Source: a virus
Taxonomy: Duplodnaviria; Caudoviricetes
Virus record (IMG/VR): IMGVR_UViG_3300021091_000001
Span: 32,001 to 96,000 of that record
Strand: one strand, 5' to 3'
Length of the DNA stretch: 64,000 bases
Shown here: positions 1-9,281 of the stretch, one piece after another
Layout: each line of letters starts with the position of its first letter
How positions within the stretch are numbered: position 1 is the stretch's first letter
Translations under genes and position numbers: made by a program
Notes under the pieces: model-generated
Database searches by the model: none
The model's input: only the letters and a program-made list of their open reading frames with translations
What the model was told of the DNA's origin: nothing

Positions 1-1
1 A

Positions 2-103
2 GGAGATGGAATTCACTACCGCAAGGTGGTGGACCGGATCGAGGACTACGGGTGTATGAGGAGCAGGCGTTTCCTCATCGAAGGAAAGTGCCCCAACGAG
101 TGA
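2..103 (+). CDS. 3' end of a hypothetical protein (partial)
   Basis: Open frame from the window edge (GDGIHYRKVVDRIEDYG...CPNE*), followed by a terminator hairpin. Confidence 0.5.
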   Translation, partial: GDGIHYRKVVDRIEDYGCMRSRRFLIEGKCPNE

Positions 104-129
104 GCTGAAGAAAGGCAGCTCAGAAGAAG

Positions 130-160
130 GAGACCCCCCAAAAAGGGGGGTTTCCTCTTT
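130..160 (+). terminator. Intrinsic terminator
   Basis: C6/G6 stem (134-139/145-150) followed by a T-rich tract. Confidence 0.75.
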
Positions 161-199
161 ATGGGTAGTGATAAGACCTCAAACCTCAAAGGAGCAATA

Positions 200-631
200 A
201 TGAAACAGAAAGCTGTGTTAGTAGATATTGACGGTACTCTCGTCAGTATTACGGAGAATTGGAGTGCAGAAAGGGATAGTGAATGGGTTGAAGAAACGAT
301 GAATGCGGTGGGGTATGAAAAAGGTATTGAATTGGTGAAGGAGTACAGTAAGATAGGGTACAAGATTGTGATTGTTACAGCAAGGGGTCAGAGTTGTTAT
401 GAGAATACGGTTAAAAAGTTGAAAGAGATTGGTGTGTATGAGTATGTGGATGTGATGATGCACAGGACTGGCAAGTATGAGAGCACGAGGAGTGCTGTGT
501 GGAAGAAGGCAGCAATTAACATGCTGAAGCACAAATATGAATTTGTGTTTTCCTTGGAAGATGAAGAAGGCAACCAGAAAGTTATGCGGGATTATGGCAT
601 GATTGTCATCGATGCAAAGACCTGGTGGTAA
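200..631 (+). CDS. HAD-superfamily phosphatase (PNKP phosphatase-like)
   Basis: DIDGTL motif I, IVIVTARG motif II, LEDE motif IV; GGAG RBS at 191 favours ATG 200. Confidence 0.85.
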   Translation: MKQKAVLVDIDGTLVSITENWSAERDSEWVEETMNAVGYEKGIELVKEYSKIGYKIVIVTARGQSCYENTVKKLKEIGVYEYVDVMMHRTGKYESTRSAVWKKAAINMLKHKYEFVFSLEDEEGNQKVMRDYGMIVIDAKTWW

Positions 632-718
632 TAATAATCCTTAAAATATTGACCTCGTAAGAGGTTTCTCCTTTATGAATAGACATCCGGTCACTCAATC
701 CCTAAAAAGGAGGTCGCC

Positions 719-2533
719 ATGAGTGATAACAGTCCCATCCACAATCCAATTATCAACAACCCATTCGAGCCACGAAAGGAGCCCGAAACCATGAAGTACG
801 TAATCCGCAACGAACGAGGTGAGATGTATCAGAAGGAGGTATGGTACGCAGGTATGAATCCTGCAGAAATGCGGAGCATCGACATTATTAAAGCTCTGTG
901 GGATGCTGACAAGACTCTGCTTGAGATGTACCTGAATGAGCAGAGACACAACGACAAGCATCCAGAAAAGAAGGCCTTTGAGGGTGTAATGATGGTCGTT
1001 GATGATTCGTATCTGGACATGAGGTCAATCCTCAAGGAGTTTGCGGGAAAGGTCCGCATGAGTGGAATGGCGACACATGGAGAATGGGATTTCTCTCCCC
1101 TGCACGTTGTCTCGTACCGATTCCTGATGGAGGATTCATACATCAGGAAGATTGATGGGGAAAAGGTCAAGATCAACAGAATCAGCATGTATGAAATGCT
1201 GGTGACAGAAAAGAAAAGTGATAAAAAGCCTGGATTCGTTATTGAGTTCAGGAGTCATGTCAAGAATTCACTTGGTCAGGTGTATACAAAGAACTGGCCT
1301 GTGGTCTTCCACATCAACAAAACTCCAAATGGTGTTCGGTTTCTGTGGAGGAATAACAAAACTAAAGAAACACATTGGGGTGTGGGCTACTACTCCATAG
1401 CAAGAAAGAATGGTGTACCACAATTTCCGCTGGTGACAGAAAAGATGGCTAATGCATTTCAAAGTGTCAGGAACAAGATGGTCAAGCACCATGACATTCA
1501 TGAAATTCTCAAGTACATTCCGCTTCAAAGCATTGAGGGAGAGAGTCATCATCCAATGAGTGTTCTGCAAGATCAAAACGATACATGGTCATCGTATCCA
1601 TACCCGATTGATCAATTCAGCGTCTACTGGATTGGTGGTTCAACAAGTGTCAAGGACATCTTGAACAAGGCCTTTGATACTAAGCGGGATGAGCAAGGTA
1701 GACTTGTGGGTGGAATCACCAAGAAGGCATTTGGTGGTTTGAACAACATCGACAACTTCATTGATTTGCGTGCAGCAATTAACGTTGTGCGAGCATTGCG
1801 CGGGTTTGATCCACACATCTTTGAGAAGATGAATACAGAATACGTTGAGGTGTGGACTCACGAAGAAGACGGAATAAGATTTGTGGAGCCGCAAAACATT
1901 TCTCGGTTTGCATTCTCGACAACTAGGGATTTTGCTAATATCAGGTATCATTTTCAGCACTTTGGAAATGATGAGGATCTTGCTTTGAAATTCTTTATGG
2001 AGGGATCACCACGGGTGACATGGATGATAACTGACACTGTCCGCGCATTCAGAGGAATTCGGTCACAGAGGCTGCGTCGTGCGATCAAGGCTGAGATCAA
2101 GCGACAGAAAATGGATTACACTCAGATTCACGATTATGTTATGCAAGAATGGAATAAAATTAAGCACGAAAACCAGGTGTTTAGTTCCACGACACTGTGG
2201 AAGAAGCATGGGAAGCTTCAGCACACCTTGATCTCGCCAGATATTCAACTGGTGCTGCCGTCAACAACTCACGAGATGATTGAGTGGGGCAATACACAGT
2301 CCAACTGCATCGGCTCTTACGCTGATCGTGTTCTCAACAATGACACAATTATCGTTGGATTCAAGGACAGCAACGGTGAATGGATTGGACATGCGCAGTT
2401 CACGGAGAAAGGAGAACTCAACCAACTTCTCGGTAAGCACAATCAAAAGATTGAGGACTCATACAAGAAGGTGATTGTTGACTTCTTGGTCAATGAGTTT
2501 GAAGTATCAGCAGACCAATACTGGGGGAGGTGA
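719..2533 (+). CDS. PcfJ-like domain protein
   Basis: C-terminal EMIEWGNTQSNCIGSYADRV..IIVGF resembles the PcfJ L..EG..M.HCVGSY motif; AGGAGG RBS. Confidence 0.7.
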   Translation: MSDNSPIHNPIINNPFEPRKEPETMKYVIRNERGEMYQKEVWYAGMNPAEMRSIDIIKALWDADKTLLEMYLNEQRHNDKHPEKKAFEGVMMVVDDSYLDMRSILKEFAGKVRMSGMATHGEWDFSPLHVVSYRFLMEDSYIRKIDGEKVKINRISMYEMLVTEKKSDKKPGFVIEFRSHVKNSLGQVYTKNWPVVFHINKTPNGVRFLWRNNKTKETHWGVGYYSIARKNGVPQFPLVTEKMANAFQSVRNKMVKHHDIHEILKYIPLQSIEGESHHPMSVLQDQNDTWSSYPYPIDQFSVYWIGGSTSVKDILNKAFDTKRDEQGRLVGGITKKAFGGLNNIDNFIDLRAAINVVRALRGFDPHIFEKMNTEYVEVWTHEEDGIRFVEPQNISRFAFSTTRDFANIRYHFQHFGNDEDLALKFFMEGSPRVTWMITDTVRAFRGIRSQRLRRAIKAEIKRQKMDYTQIHDYVMQEWNKIKHENQVFSSTTLWKKHGKLQHTLISPDIQLVLPSTTHEMIEWGNTQSNCIGSYADRVLNNDTIIVGFKDSNGEWIGHAQFTEKGELNQLLGKHNQKIEDSYKKVIVDFLVNEFEVSADQYWGR

Positions 2534-2644
2534 TTAAATTGAGATACTTAACGCGTTTAACGCGTAACATATATAGATTATACCAATGCTTATGTCAATG
2601 TAATATAATAATTATTAATAACAAAATATATGTGATTCGGGTAG

Positions 2645-2692
2645 GCCTATACCTAAAAGCTAAAGCGGGTAAGCCTATACCTAAAAGCTAAA
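2645..2692. repeat. 20-bp direct repeat pair GCCTATACCTAAAAGCTAAA
   Basis: Identical copies at 2645-2664 and 2673-2692 in an AT-rich intergenic region. Confidence 0.9.
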
Positions 2693-2878
2693 ATTCTTTT
2701 TTATGGATAGATCCTAGATCTAATCCTAGGGGCCTGAGCCGAAACTACAGGAAAACCCTGGTTCTCTCCACCAGGCTGTATCGAGAGATGCAGCAAATAA
2801 AGTTGAGAGTCACAGTGAAGCGGACACGCTGTGGTTAAACAATAATGTTCGCCATTAGCATGCAACTGGGAGGTTGAC

Positions 2879-3301
2879 ATGTTTCTGTATCTGAACACCG
2901 CACCCAAGGCAAACGCCAAGAAGGATGGTGGAGTTTTCCACACCGTCCTCGTCGGCGTGAGCAAGGAGGTCCTTGCGGAGAAGACCGGCATCAGCCAGTC
3001 GGACCTCAAGGACCTCAACCTGAAGGTCACGATGGAGGTCTTCCCCGAAAAGGTGGACCTGTACACGCGGGCCTTCAAGAAGGCTCAGGCCAAGGGTGCC
3101 AAACTGGTGCTCAAGTGTGACGAGATCATCGTCACCGAGCTCAAGCCGAACGACTACACCACCCTCGACGGCAATCTCGTTAAGGGAATGCAGTGCTCGG
3201 TTTGGGCAGACGGTGAGTCCCAGCTGCAGATCAAGCGGGGATCGTTCACGGTCTCTGCGGAACTCGCAGAACTCCTCGAGGACGACGAGGACACGCTCTA
3301 G
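2879..3301 (+). CDS. Hypothetical protein, paralog of 6176..6604, acidic C-tail
   Basis: Alignable by eye over its full length with the 6176 ORF; strongly C/G-ending codons. Confidence 0.85.
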   Translation: MFLYLNTAPKANAKKDGGVFHTVLVGVSKEVLAEKTGISQSDLKDLNLKVTMEVFPEKVDLYTRAFKKAQAKGAKLVLKCDEIIVTELKPNDYTTLDGNLVKGMQCSVWADGESQLQIKRGSFTVSAELAELLEDDEDTL

Positions 3302-3340
3302 AGAGAGCAAAAACTTGCCTGGCTTAACTGCCAGAAGGAG

Positions 3341-3370
3341 AGAGAACCCCCTTCGGGGGGTTTTCTCTTT
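3341..3370 (+). terminator. Intrinsic terminator (UUCG loop)
   Basis: GAGAACCCCC-TTCG-GGGGG(G)TTTTCTC followed by TTT. Confidence 0.8.
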
Positions 3371-3419
3371 ATGGCTAGATACAAGATCCCTAGGACAGGG
3401 CTGGCCAAGGAGGTAAGTT

Positions 3420-3566
3420 ATGGCTTATAATTACAAGAATGCTCTCTGCAACAAATGCAAAGAGCTAGTCTTGAAAGGTGAAGGCAAATGGCTTAGCTGG
3501 CCATACCATCACACACTGTGCAATTCGTGTTACAACAAGAAGTTCAAGAAGGACAAATTGTTCTGA
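3420..3566 (+). CDS. Small CxxC/CxxC zinc-finger protein (48 aa, not in ORF track)
   Basis: AAGGAGG RBS; MAYNYKNALCNKC...LCNSCYNKKFKKDKLF*. Confidence 0.7.
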   Translation: MAYNYKNALCNKCKELVLKGEGKWLSWPYHHTLCNSCYNKKFKKDKLF

Positions 3567-3572
3567 TTCCTA

Positions 3573-3604
3573 GGAGATTACCCCCGAAAGGGGGTTTTCT
3601 CTTT
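3573..3604 (+). terminator. Intrinsic terminator (GAAA loop)
   Basis: CCCCC-GAAA-GGGGG followed by TTTTCTCTTT. Confidence 0.8.
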
Positions 3605-3695
3605 ATGGGTAGATTCTAGACTCCAAATCTAGCATCTAGATACCCAACCGCGCATGGACGGCCTCTATGCACTAAGCCACAAGGAGGTGGTAACG

Positions 3696-6062
3696 ATGTT
3701 TCACGGCATCGTAAACAGAGGTGATGGCTGGTTCCGGGTCATTACCTCTCTCAAGCTTCACGGGAAGGATAATGTTCTCGAAGAGTTTGAGGGTGGGCCT
3801 TACTGGCCCGCTTTCTTGGAACACTTCTTCCCTGATCGATACAGGGTTGAAGTCCGCAAGATCCACGGCAAGGGTCTCAACGGAGTGAAATCCGATGACC
3901 CCAAGTCTGCGTTAACACCAATAGCGCAAGAGGTGATCCGTTGGTCTACTGCTACAGACCAGTACAGCCTCCGCATTAAGAATGCCGAAGTTAAGAACAA
4001 TACAACCTGGCTCCATGAGCTTGAGAATATTGGTCTAATCATCGGTAATTCAAAGAAGATGAGCAAGAGGCTTTTGGAGCTTGTTCGTCTATCTTGTGCG
4101 GCAATGTACATTCCCAAGAATGAGCTGAAGGTTGAAGAGATTGATTATATCAGCCTTGGATGCATTGATTCCGATGTCGACGGAATTAGTGCTATTAGCA
4201 TGTCGTTGGCAGTTAGGTGCATCCTGGCCAATCCGATGGCAACGGAAGAATGGGTTCAAGAGCAGATCGAAAACATCTATTCTGGTGAAACTACAGTCGT
4301 TCAGCTTCGTGTGCTGACGCCAAGTGGTTTAATCAAGGGTAATGCTCTTGTTCTACCGGATGGTATGATGAAAGGATTTGATATCAGGACATTTGCTCCT
4401 AACATCAAGTCAGAAATTCGTACTGTTGGGTGGAATTGGATCACAATTGAGCCGTCGCACTCAGTGCTTCCCGTTAAGTCAGACGACTTGACTCACGCAA
4501 TTTATCAGGAAATTGATGGTTTGTATGCCGGAGACAACCTGATAAAGACACTTGAGAACGTCTTGGACAATGCGTTTGAAGACCTCAAGAGTGGCAAGCG
4601 TAGCAGGTGGATGACTAAGCTGGTGGACAGTGCTGAGATTATTGTGCGTTCCGACTCTGGTTTGCAAGAAGATAAGTACAGGACACCAAAGTCAACATTA
4701 AAGATGGTGCAAACAGCCATTGCAAAGTTGGATAAGCTTGGAATCCCCTTCGAGGCAAGTCAGACTCTGAGGTACTTGACTGTAAATGGACTGTCTATGC
4801 AGTTCCTGGGTCGTGAAACTGGTGTGGTTGGTAACGTCTGGAGACAGAAGAACAAGCACTGGATGCCAGTTCAATGGGCCTATAGTGCTCACATTGTGAC
4901 ACAAGAAGTCCTCAAGATCTTTGGTTTCAAGACAACCAAGGGTCATTGGGGTTATTATCATAATAAGACTCGTTGTTTTGTGGTTCCAGGCGATTATTTT
5001 GCCAGGAATTTGGTCAATCATGGTGGACCTGACGAGGACGATATCGTGAAAGTCCATGTCAGGATTGTTGATTTTGCTGACAGGCAGCAATTGATGGCAT
5101 TCATCCTCCGTAATCCGAACGATTTCGGTGAATGGAGCATGATTCCCATCAGAAAGTATGGCCCAGTGTTTCACAATTACACGGAAGTACCTCCTACAAT
5201 CAACTACCAGGAGCTGATAAGTAAAGTTCCTCAGATGACTACGCTGAATGCACAAAATGCAATCACCTACGGTCAACTTCCTGGAACTGCAAACCTTGTC
5301 ATTGGCAAGAAATACAGTCTTGCTGATGAATCTCGTTGCCGGTTGGCTTCAATAAACTTCCCTGGAGGTGTTGGTAGTTCAGTTCTGCCCAAAATGATGT
5401 GGTATGCACTCAATAAGACCTACATTCCCTACTGTATTGCAACGAATGAGGAAATCATCGACGCTCTTCAGCAGGGTCTTGCAACTCCAAGTGACGTTCT
5501 GCTAATCAAGAGCTGGTCAGAAAAGACATTTAGAGACCTGCTTGTCAATCATGGTAAGAATGGAACCAAGATGGACATGTTCTGGATGCAGACTCGTCTT
5601 CCTGACAAGTATGCCAAAGACATTGATGCTACAAGTATTCAGGACTCTCCGTGGTGTCAGCTTCACATTCAGCGAGAAATATTGGTAAGAACTAAGGTAT
5701 CAGCAATGCTTGACTTTATTAATAGTAGCATTGTTATGCCAGAAGTTCTGGTCAATCTTAACTTTACCGAGGAAGAGATTGATACTGCTACTAAGGATGT
5801 CGAGAAGATGTCTACCAAGTGCAGTACGATGTCTACAACCCAATGGGTTGAGTATGTCTGTGGCTTGTTTGATCGCGTGGATCAGAATCCTGAGAAGGGT
5901 ATCGAATACATGAACCGCAAGATCTTGGCTATGGCGTACTGCTCAATTATCAAGAAGCAGAAGTTTGTCAAGGCAAACCATGATCGTTGGCTCTACGCAT
6001 TTAGTTCGAAGAGCCATCGTCAGCCTACAGATTGGCTCATCCGAGCTCTGCAGGCTCTTTAA
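3696..6062 (+). CDS. Putative single-subunit two-barrel (YonO/QDE-1-like) RNA polymerase, copy 1
   Basis: Motifs SKRL, DGISAIS, QLR..IKGN, HGGPDEDD, LRNP; AAGGAGG RBS favours ATG 3696; paralog of 19234..21807. Confidence 0.65.
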   Translation: MFHGIVNRGDGWFRVITSLKLHGKDNVLEEFEGGPYWPAFLEHFFPDRYRVEVRKIHGKGLNGVKSDDPKSALTPIAQEVIRWSTATDQYSLRIKNAEVKNNTTWLHELENIGLIIGNSKKMSKRLLELVRLSCAAMYIPKNELKVEEIDYISLGCIDSDVDGISAISMSLAVRCILANPMATEEWVQEQIENIYSGETTVVQLRVLTPSGLIKGNALVLPDGMMKGFDIRTFAPNIKSEIRTVGWNWITIEPSHSVLPVKSDDLTHAIYQEIDGLYAGDNLIKTLENVLDNAFEDLKSGKRSRWMTKLVDSAEIIVRSDSGLQEDKYRTPKSTLKMVQTAIAKLDKLGIPFEASQTLRYLTVNGLSMQFLGRETGVVGNVWRQKNKHWMPVQWAYSAHIVTQEVLKIFGFKTTKGHWGYYHNKTRCFVVPGDYFARNLVNHGGPDEDDIVKVHVRIVDFADRQQLMAFILRNPNDFGEWSMIPIRKYGPVFHNYTEVPPTINYQELISKVPQMTTLNAQNAITYGQLPGTANLVIGKKYSLADESRCRLASINFPGGVGSSVLPKMMWYALNKTYIPYCIATNEEIIDALQQGLATPSDVLLIKSWSEKTFRDLLVNHGKNGTKMDMFWMQTRLPDKYAKDIDATSIQDSPWCQLHIQREILVRTKVSAMLDFINSSIVMPEVLVNLNFTEEEIDTATKDVEKMSTKCSTMSTTQWVEYVCGLFDRVDQNPEKGIEYMNRKILAMAYCSIIKKQKFVKANHDRWLYAFSSKSHRQPTDWLIRALQAL

Positions 6063-6175
6063 TAACTCCCTTCTAAAGGGGGTGGAGTGACTGTCTAGAC
6101 TATAGACTGTCTGTTTAGTTCCTTTCTTCTAAAAAGAACGGATGAGTCCCCTAACAATCACAACCACAAGGAGAA

Positions 6176-6604
6176 ATGTCCATGTCATCCAACCAGAATC
6201 TCATCTACATCAATACGCCCCCAAAAGTCAACCACAAGAAGGACGGGTCGGTTTTCTACACTGTCCTCTGTGGTCTGTCCAAGAAGTTTCTCGCGGACAA
6301 GGGCATCGATGTTGACCGCCTCACGATGAACATCTACGAGAACCAACTCGACAAGGTCACAAAAGCATTTGCGGCCTGCAAGAAGTCGGGTTTCAAACTC
6401 GCCATCGCAGCAGAAGACATCGTCGTCACCGAGCCCAAGGCGAACAGTTACGTGAACGCCCAAGGAGACCACGTCACCGAGATGCAGGCCTCTTGCTGGG
6501 GCGAAGGAGACACTAGGCTCGTCGTCGTAAAGAACAATCTCAGCGTGAGCGACGAACTGCAGGCCCTTCTCGACGAAGTCCAGCCAGACTCCGACACGCT
6601 GTAA
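6176..6604 (+). CDS. Hypothetical protein, paralog of 2879..3301
   Basis: Shared YxNTxPKxNxKKDGxVFxTVLxGxSK...IxVTExK...MQxSxWxxG...VSxEL..LL..DTL; AAGGAG RBS. Confidence 0.85.
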   Translation: MSMSSNQNLIYINTPPKVNHKKDGSVFYTVLCGLSKKFLADKGIDVDRLTMNIYENQLDKVTKAFAACKKSGFKLAIAAEDIVVTEPKANSYVNAQGDHVTEMQASCWGEGDTRLVVVKNNLSVSDELQALLDEVQPDSDTL

Positions 6605-6620
6605 TCCAACGTTCACCCCC

Positions 6621-6672
6621 GTCCCAGTAGATTCGTGCTCCGGCGCGAGTCTACTGGGACTTTCTCTTTTTT
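6621..6672 (+). terminator. Long-stem intrinsic terminator
   Basis: GTCCCAGTAGA/TCTACTGGGAC 11-bp stem followed by TTTCTCTTTTTT. Confidence 0.8.
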
Positions 6673-6695
6673 AGACTAGTCTTCAAAATTCAATT

Positions 6696-6719
6696 TAAAG
6701 TACATACAAAAAAGAAGGG
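6696..6719 (+). promoter_or_regulatory. Recurrent motif TAAAGTACATACAAAAAAGAAGGG (putative phage promoter)
   Basis: Identical 24-mer at 7772-7795; variants at 8127, 15462 and 19191; all upstream of start codons. Confidence 0.6.
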
Positions 6720-6747
6720 TGTAAACCCTTATCAAAGGAGAACAATC

Positions 6748-6933
6748 ATGAAACTGTCCGAAATGACCAAGCAATCTGTTCGTGCGCGTGATCTCATTGA
6801 GATTGCTGATGCACAAAACGAAATTGCACGCAGAGAACTAGAGCTCGTCTCTTGGGTTTCACCGCTGGGCGACTACTACATCGAGCCTCGGTCGGTGATT
6901 CAACAAATAATCGAAAGCCAGTCTTGGAGATAG
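6748..6933 (+). CDS. Hypothetical protein
   Basis: AAGGAG RBS, 61 aa. Confidence 0.7.
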   Translation: MKLSEMTKQSVRARDLIEIADAQNEIARRELELVSWVSPLGDYYIEPRSVIQQIIESQSWR

Positions 6934-7056
6934 TCAAACCATCTGCATGACACCTCCCAAGTGGGTGAGTGGTCGGTACCTTTCTGCCGGTCACTCACCC
7001 ACAGGTGACATATATTATTGTTTTTTTAACCTAAACCAAGAAACGGAGAATACAAG

Positions 7057-7242
7057 GTGCTGAAAGTATTGAATACACTACGCTGGGTGTATGTCGGATT
7101 TTTGCTTGGTGCAACTACCATGTGCTATCTGATATCTGAAGGCGAGAAAGTAGAAGAAAAAGAGAAGTTGAAAAAGAAGTCCAAATACGATGACCCGGAT
7201 TGGGTGCAAGAAAAGATGTATGGAGAATACTCACATGCGTAA
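7057..7242 (+). CDS. Small membrane protein
   Basis: GGAG RBS, N-terminal hydrophobic helix, charged tail. Confidence 0.6.
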   Translation: MLKVLNTLRWVYVGFLLGATTMCYLISEGEKVEEKEKLKKKSKYDDPDWVQEKMYGEYSHA

Positions 7243-7324
7243 GAAAATTGCAATGGTAATAACAACTATTTGTTTTGTTATCGGTTTATACGGTGGCAAT
7301 CGTTACATTACAAGGAGAAAATAA

Positions 7325-7627
7325 GTGAATACTAAAGAACAAGAATTTATTGATGCTGGCGATGCCTTTGATATCGCTGTCAGTGAAAGTAGATTGTTGC
7401 ACTTCAACGGCGGACAGGCTCACATTCAAATGTGGGAAAACCGCAATACAGTGCTTTCAATTGATTTTACTACACCCAGACCACAGATTACAATCTGGCT
7501 CAGTGAACGGTACGTTCAAGATAACAAGCACGCGTGTGCAAATTACAAAGAACGGTACAAAAACTGGTCAATGAAAGAACACCTGTTCAATCATTTCCAA
7601 AAATTTCCAATTGAGGAGGTAGCATAA
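7325..7627 (+). CDS. Hypothetical protein
   Basis: AAGGAG RBS, GTG start. Confidence 0.65.
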   Translation: MNTKEQEFIDAGDAFDIAVSESRLLHFNGGQAHIQMWENRNTVLSIDFTTPRPQITIWLSERYVQDNKHACANYKERYKNWSMKEHLFNHFQKFPIEEVA

Positions 7628-7771
7628 TGGCATTATTCATGCTGGGATTTATATCATGCTATGCGCTGATGGCAAGTCTCTACATTATGATGATCAGCAA
7701 CCGTAATGATCGTCGTCCTTTTCCCGCTCGTTGGGAAAAGTGACGATAATCTCTTTTTTCCCACTAACTTC

Positions 7772-7795
7772 TAAAGTACATACAAAAAAGAAGGG
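7772..7795 (+). promoter_or_regulatory. Second copy of TAAAGTACATACAAAAAAGAAGGG motif
   Basis: Identical to 6696-6719. Confidence 0.6.
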
Positions 7796-7900
7796 AAAGG
7801 AGTAACAATTGGATTGGTTGACCAACCTATTAACAGCAATACTTGAATTCTTCCTTCCAGGAAATAACACTGACTCATATTAAGTTAATAAAGGAGCAAT

Positions 7901-8125
7901 ATGAAAACTGAAAAAGCAACCAAATGGCTTGGCAAGGCGACAGCAAAAACAATCAATGCAACTGGTAGTCTGACCGGTAAAACTGTTAATATTGTTAAAT
8001 CTGCACCTGGCAAAACCACAAACAAAACAAAGTCGATGGTGACTTCGTTTTCTAGTGGATACAAGTCAGTCCGTCCAAAACTTGAAGTTTCAGACGAACT
8101 TGAAGAGCTTATCGATACAGTTTAA
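7901..8125 (+). CDS. Small basic Lys/Thr-rich protein
   Basis: AAGGAG RBS. Confidence 0.7.
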   Translation: MKTEKATKWLGKATAKTINATGSLTGKTVNIVKSAPGKTTNKTKSMVTSFSSGYKSVRPKLEVSDELEELIDTV

Positions 8126-8216
8126 CCAAAAAGAAGGGTATAGGACTGTCCTTACCCTTTGCACACAATAAAAACAAAATTACATACACAATAGATTATA
8201 TAAGGAGAAATATAAA

Positions 8217-9224
8217 ATGTCCACATCCATCCTGAGCAAGTTCAACCTGTCCAGCGACCTGTTCTCTGCAATCGCAGAAAACATCGACGCTCTTCAGTCC
8301 ACTGCTCGGACTCAGTCACTTTCCGTTGGTAAGACGGTTAAGTTCACTGGTTCGATCAACGGCACCGAAGTTCCCGCCGAAGTCACGCTGCGTGAAGCTG
8401 CACTTTCTCGTCTCTCGGTTCTTCGCCAGACCAGCCCGTACTCCGGCAAAGAGTACCTGCTCGTCACTGGTGTCATGAACCCCGTAAAGCTCGATCTCAA
8501 CGTCAACATCAACGGCGAACAGATGAGCATCATCAACCTGCTTCATGTCGCAGCCAAAGATTCTGGCTCGGACATCGACCGTGCAAAGTTTGAGTCCAGC
8601 CTTGTGGCAATGGGCATGAACTTCAGCGGTGGTATGCCCTTGTTCTTCCAGCAATTTGGTGCCAACGAAGACGGTATCAAGCATGCCATCAACGCCTTCA
8701 AGACTGCAGGCGCTGTTGACGTTATGAAGACGATGACAACTCCTGGCCGTATTGTGGCAGCATACCAGCACAAGTCTGGTGTTCCTGTCAGTTCGTTCGA
8801 GCTCGGTACAACCGACCGTAGCAAGAGCCGTACTAGCCAAGGATTCTTGAACCTTGTTGATGCAGCTATTGACACTTTCCAACGCGTCTACAGTCTGCGT
8901 CTTGAGGCTCACGTCCTCACCCAAAAGATTGCAAACCTGCCTCAGGCCAAGGTCAAAGATGCCGAAGCCAAGCGCAAGGAACTCATTGACCTGTCGCGTC
9001 AATGGGTTTCCAACTGGTCTGGTAGCCAGCAGCGCATTCAGGTTGCAAAGAACAATGCTCAGACTCCTCTATCCATCTACGACCCGGTGAATGCCCCTTG
9101 TGGCCGTTTCACTCTCGAAGTGGCTGGAGAGTCGGTGGCTTGCGACCTGTGGTCAAACTCGGCACGTGCTGAGCAGACATCACAGGTAGTCACCGAAGAG
9201 GTCAACGAAGAAGACCCCTTCTGA
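8217..9224 (+). CDS. Hypothetical protein with SSB-like acidic C-tail (EEVNEEDPF)
   Basis: AAGGAG RBS, strong codon bias, 335 aa. Confidence 0.85.
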   Translation: MSTSILSKFNLSSDLFSAIAENIDALQSTARTQSLSVGKTVKFTGSINGTEVPAEVTLREAALSRLSVLRQTSPYSGKEYLLVTGVMNPVKLDLNVNINGEQMSIINLLHVAAKDSGSDIDRAKFESSLVAMGMNFSGGMPLFFQQFGANEDGIKHAINAFKTAGAVDVMKTMTTPGRIVAAYQHKSGVPVSSFELGTTDRSKSRTSQGFLNLVDAAIDTFQRVYSLRLEAHVLTQKIANLPQAKVKDAEAKRKELIDLSRQWVSNWSGSQQRIQVAKNNAQTPLSIYDPVNAPCGRFTLEVAGESVACDLWSNSARAEQTSQVVTEEVNEEDPF

Positions 9225-9281
9225 GTTAATGTCGTGGTGGGAGTTCAGGTTTCGTGATTGTGCCTGAACTCCCATCACACC

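Noticed and set aside
8316-9002. 228-aa minus-strand ORF
   Set aside because: Antisense shadow of the strongly codon-biased 8217..9224 gene; no RBS or motif
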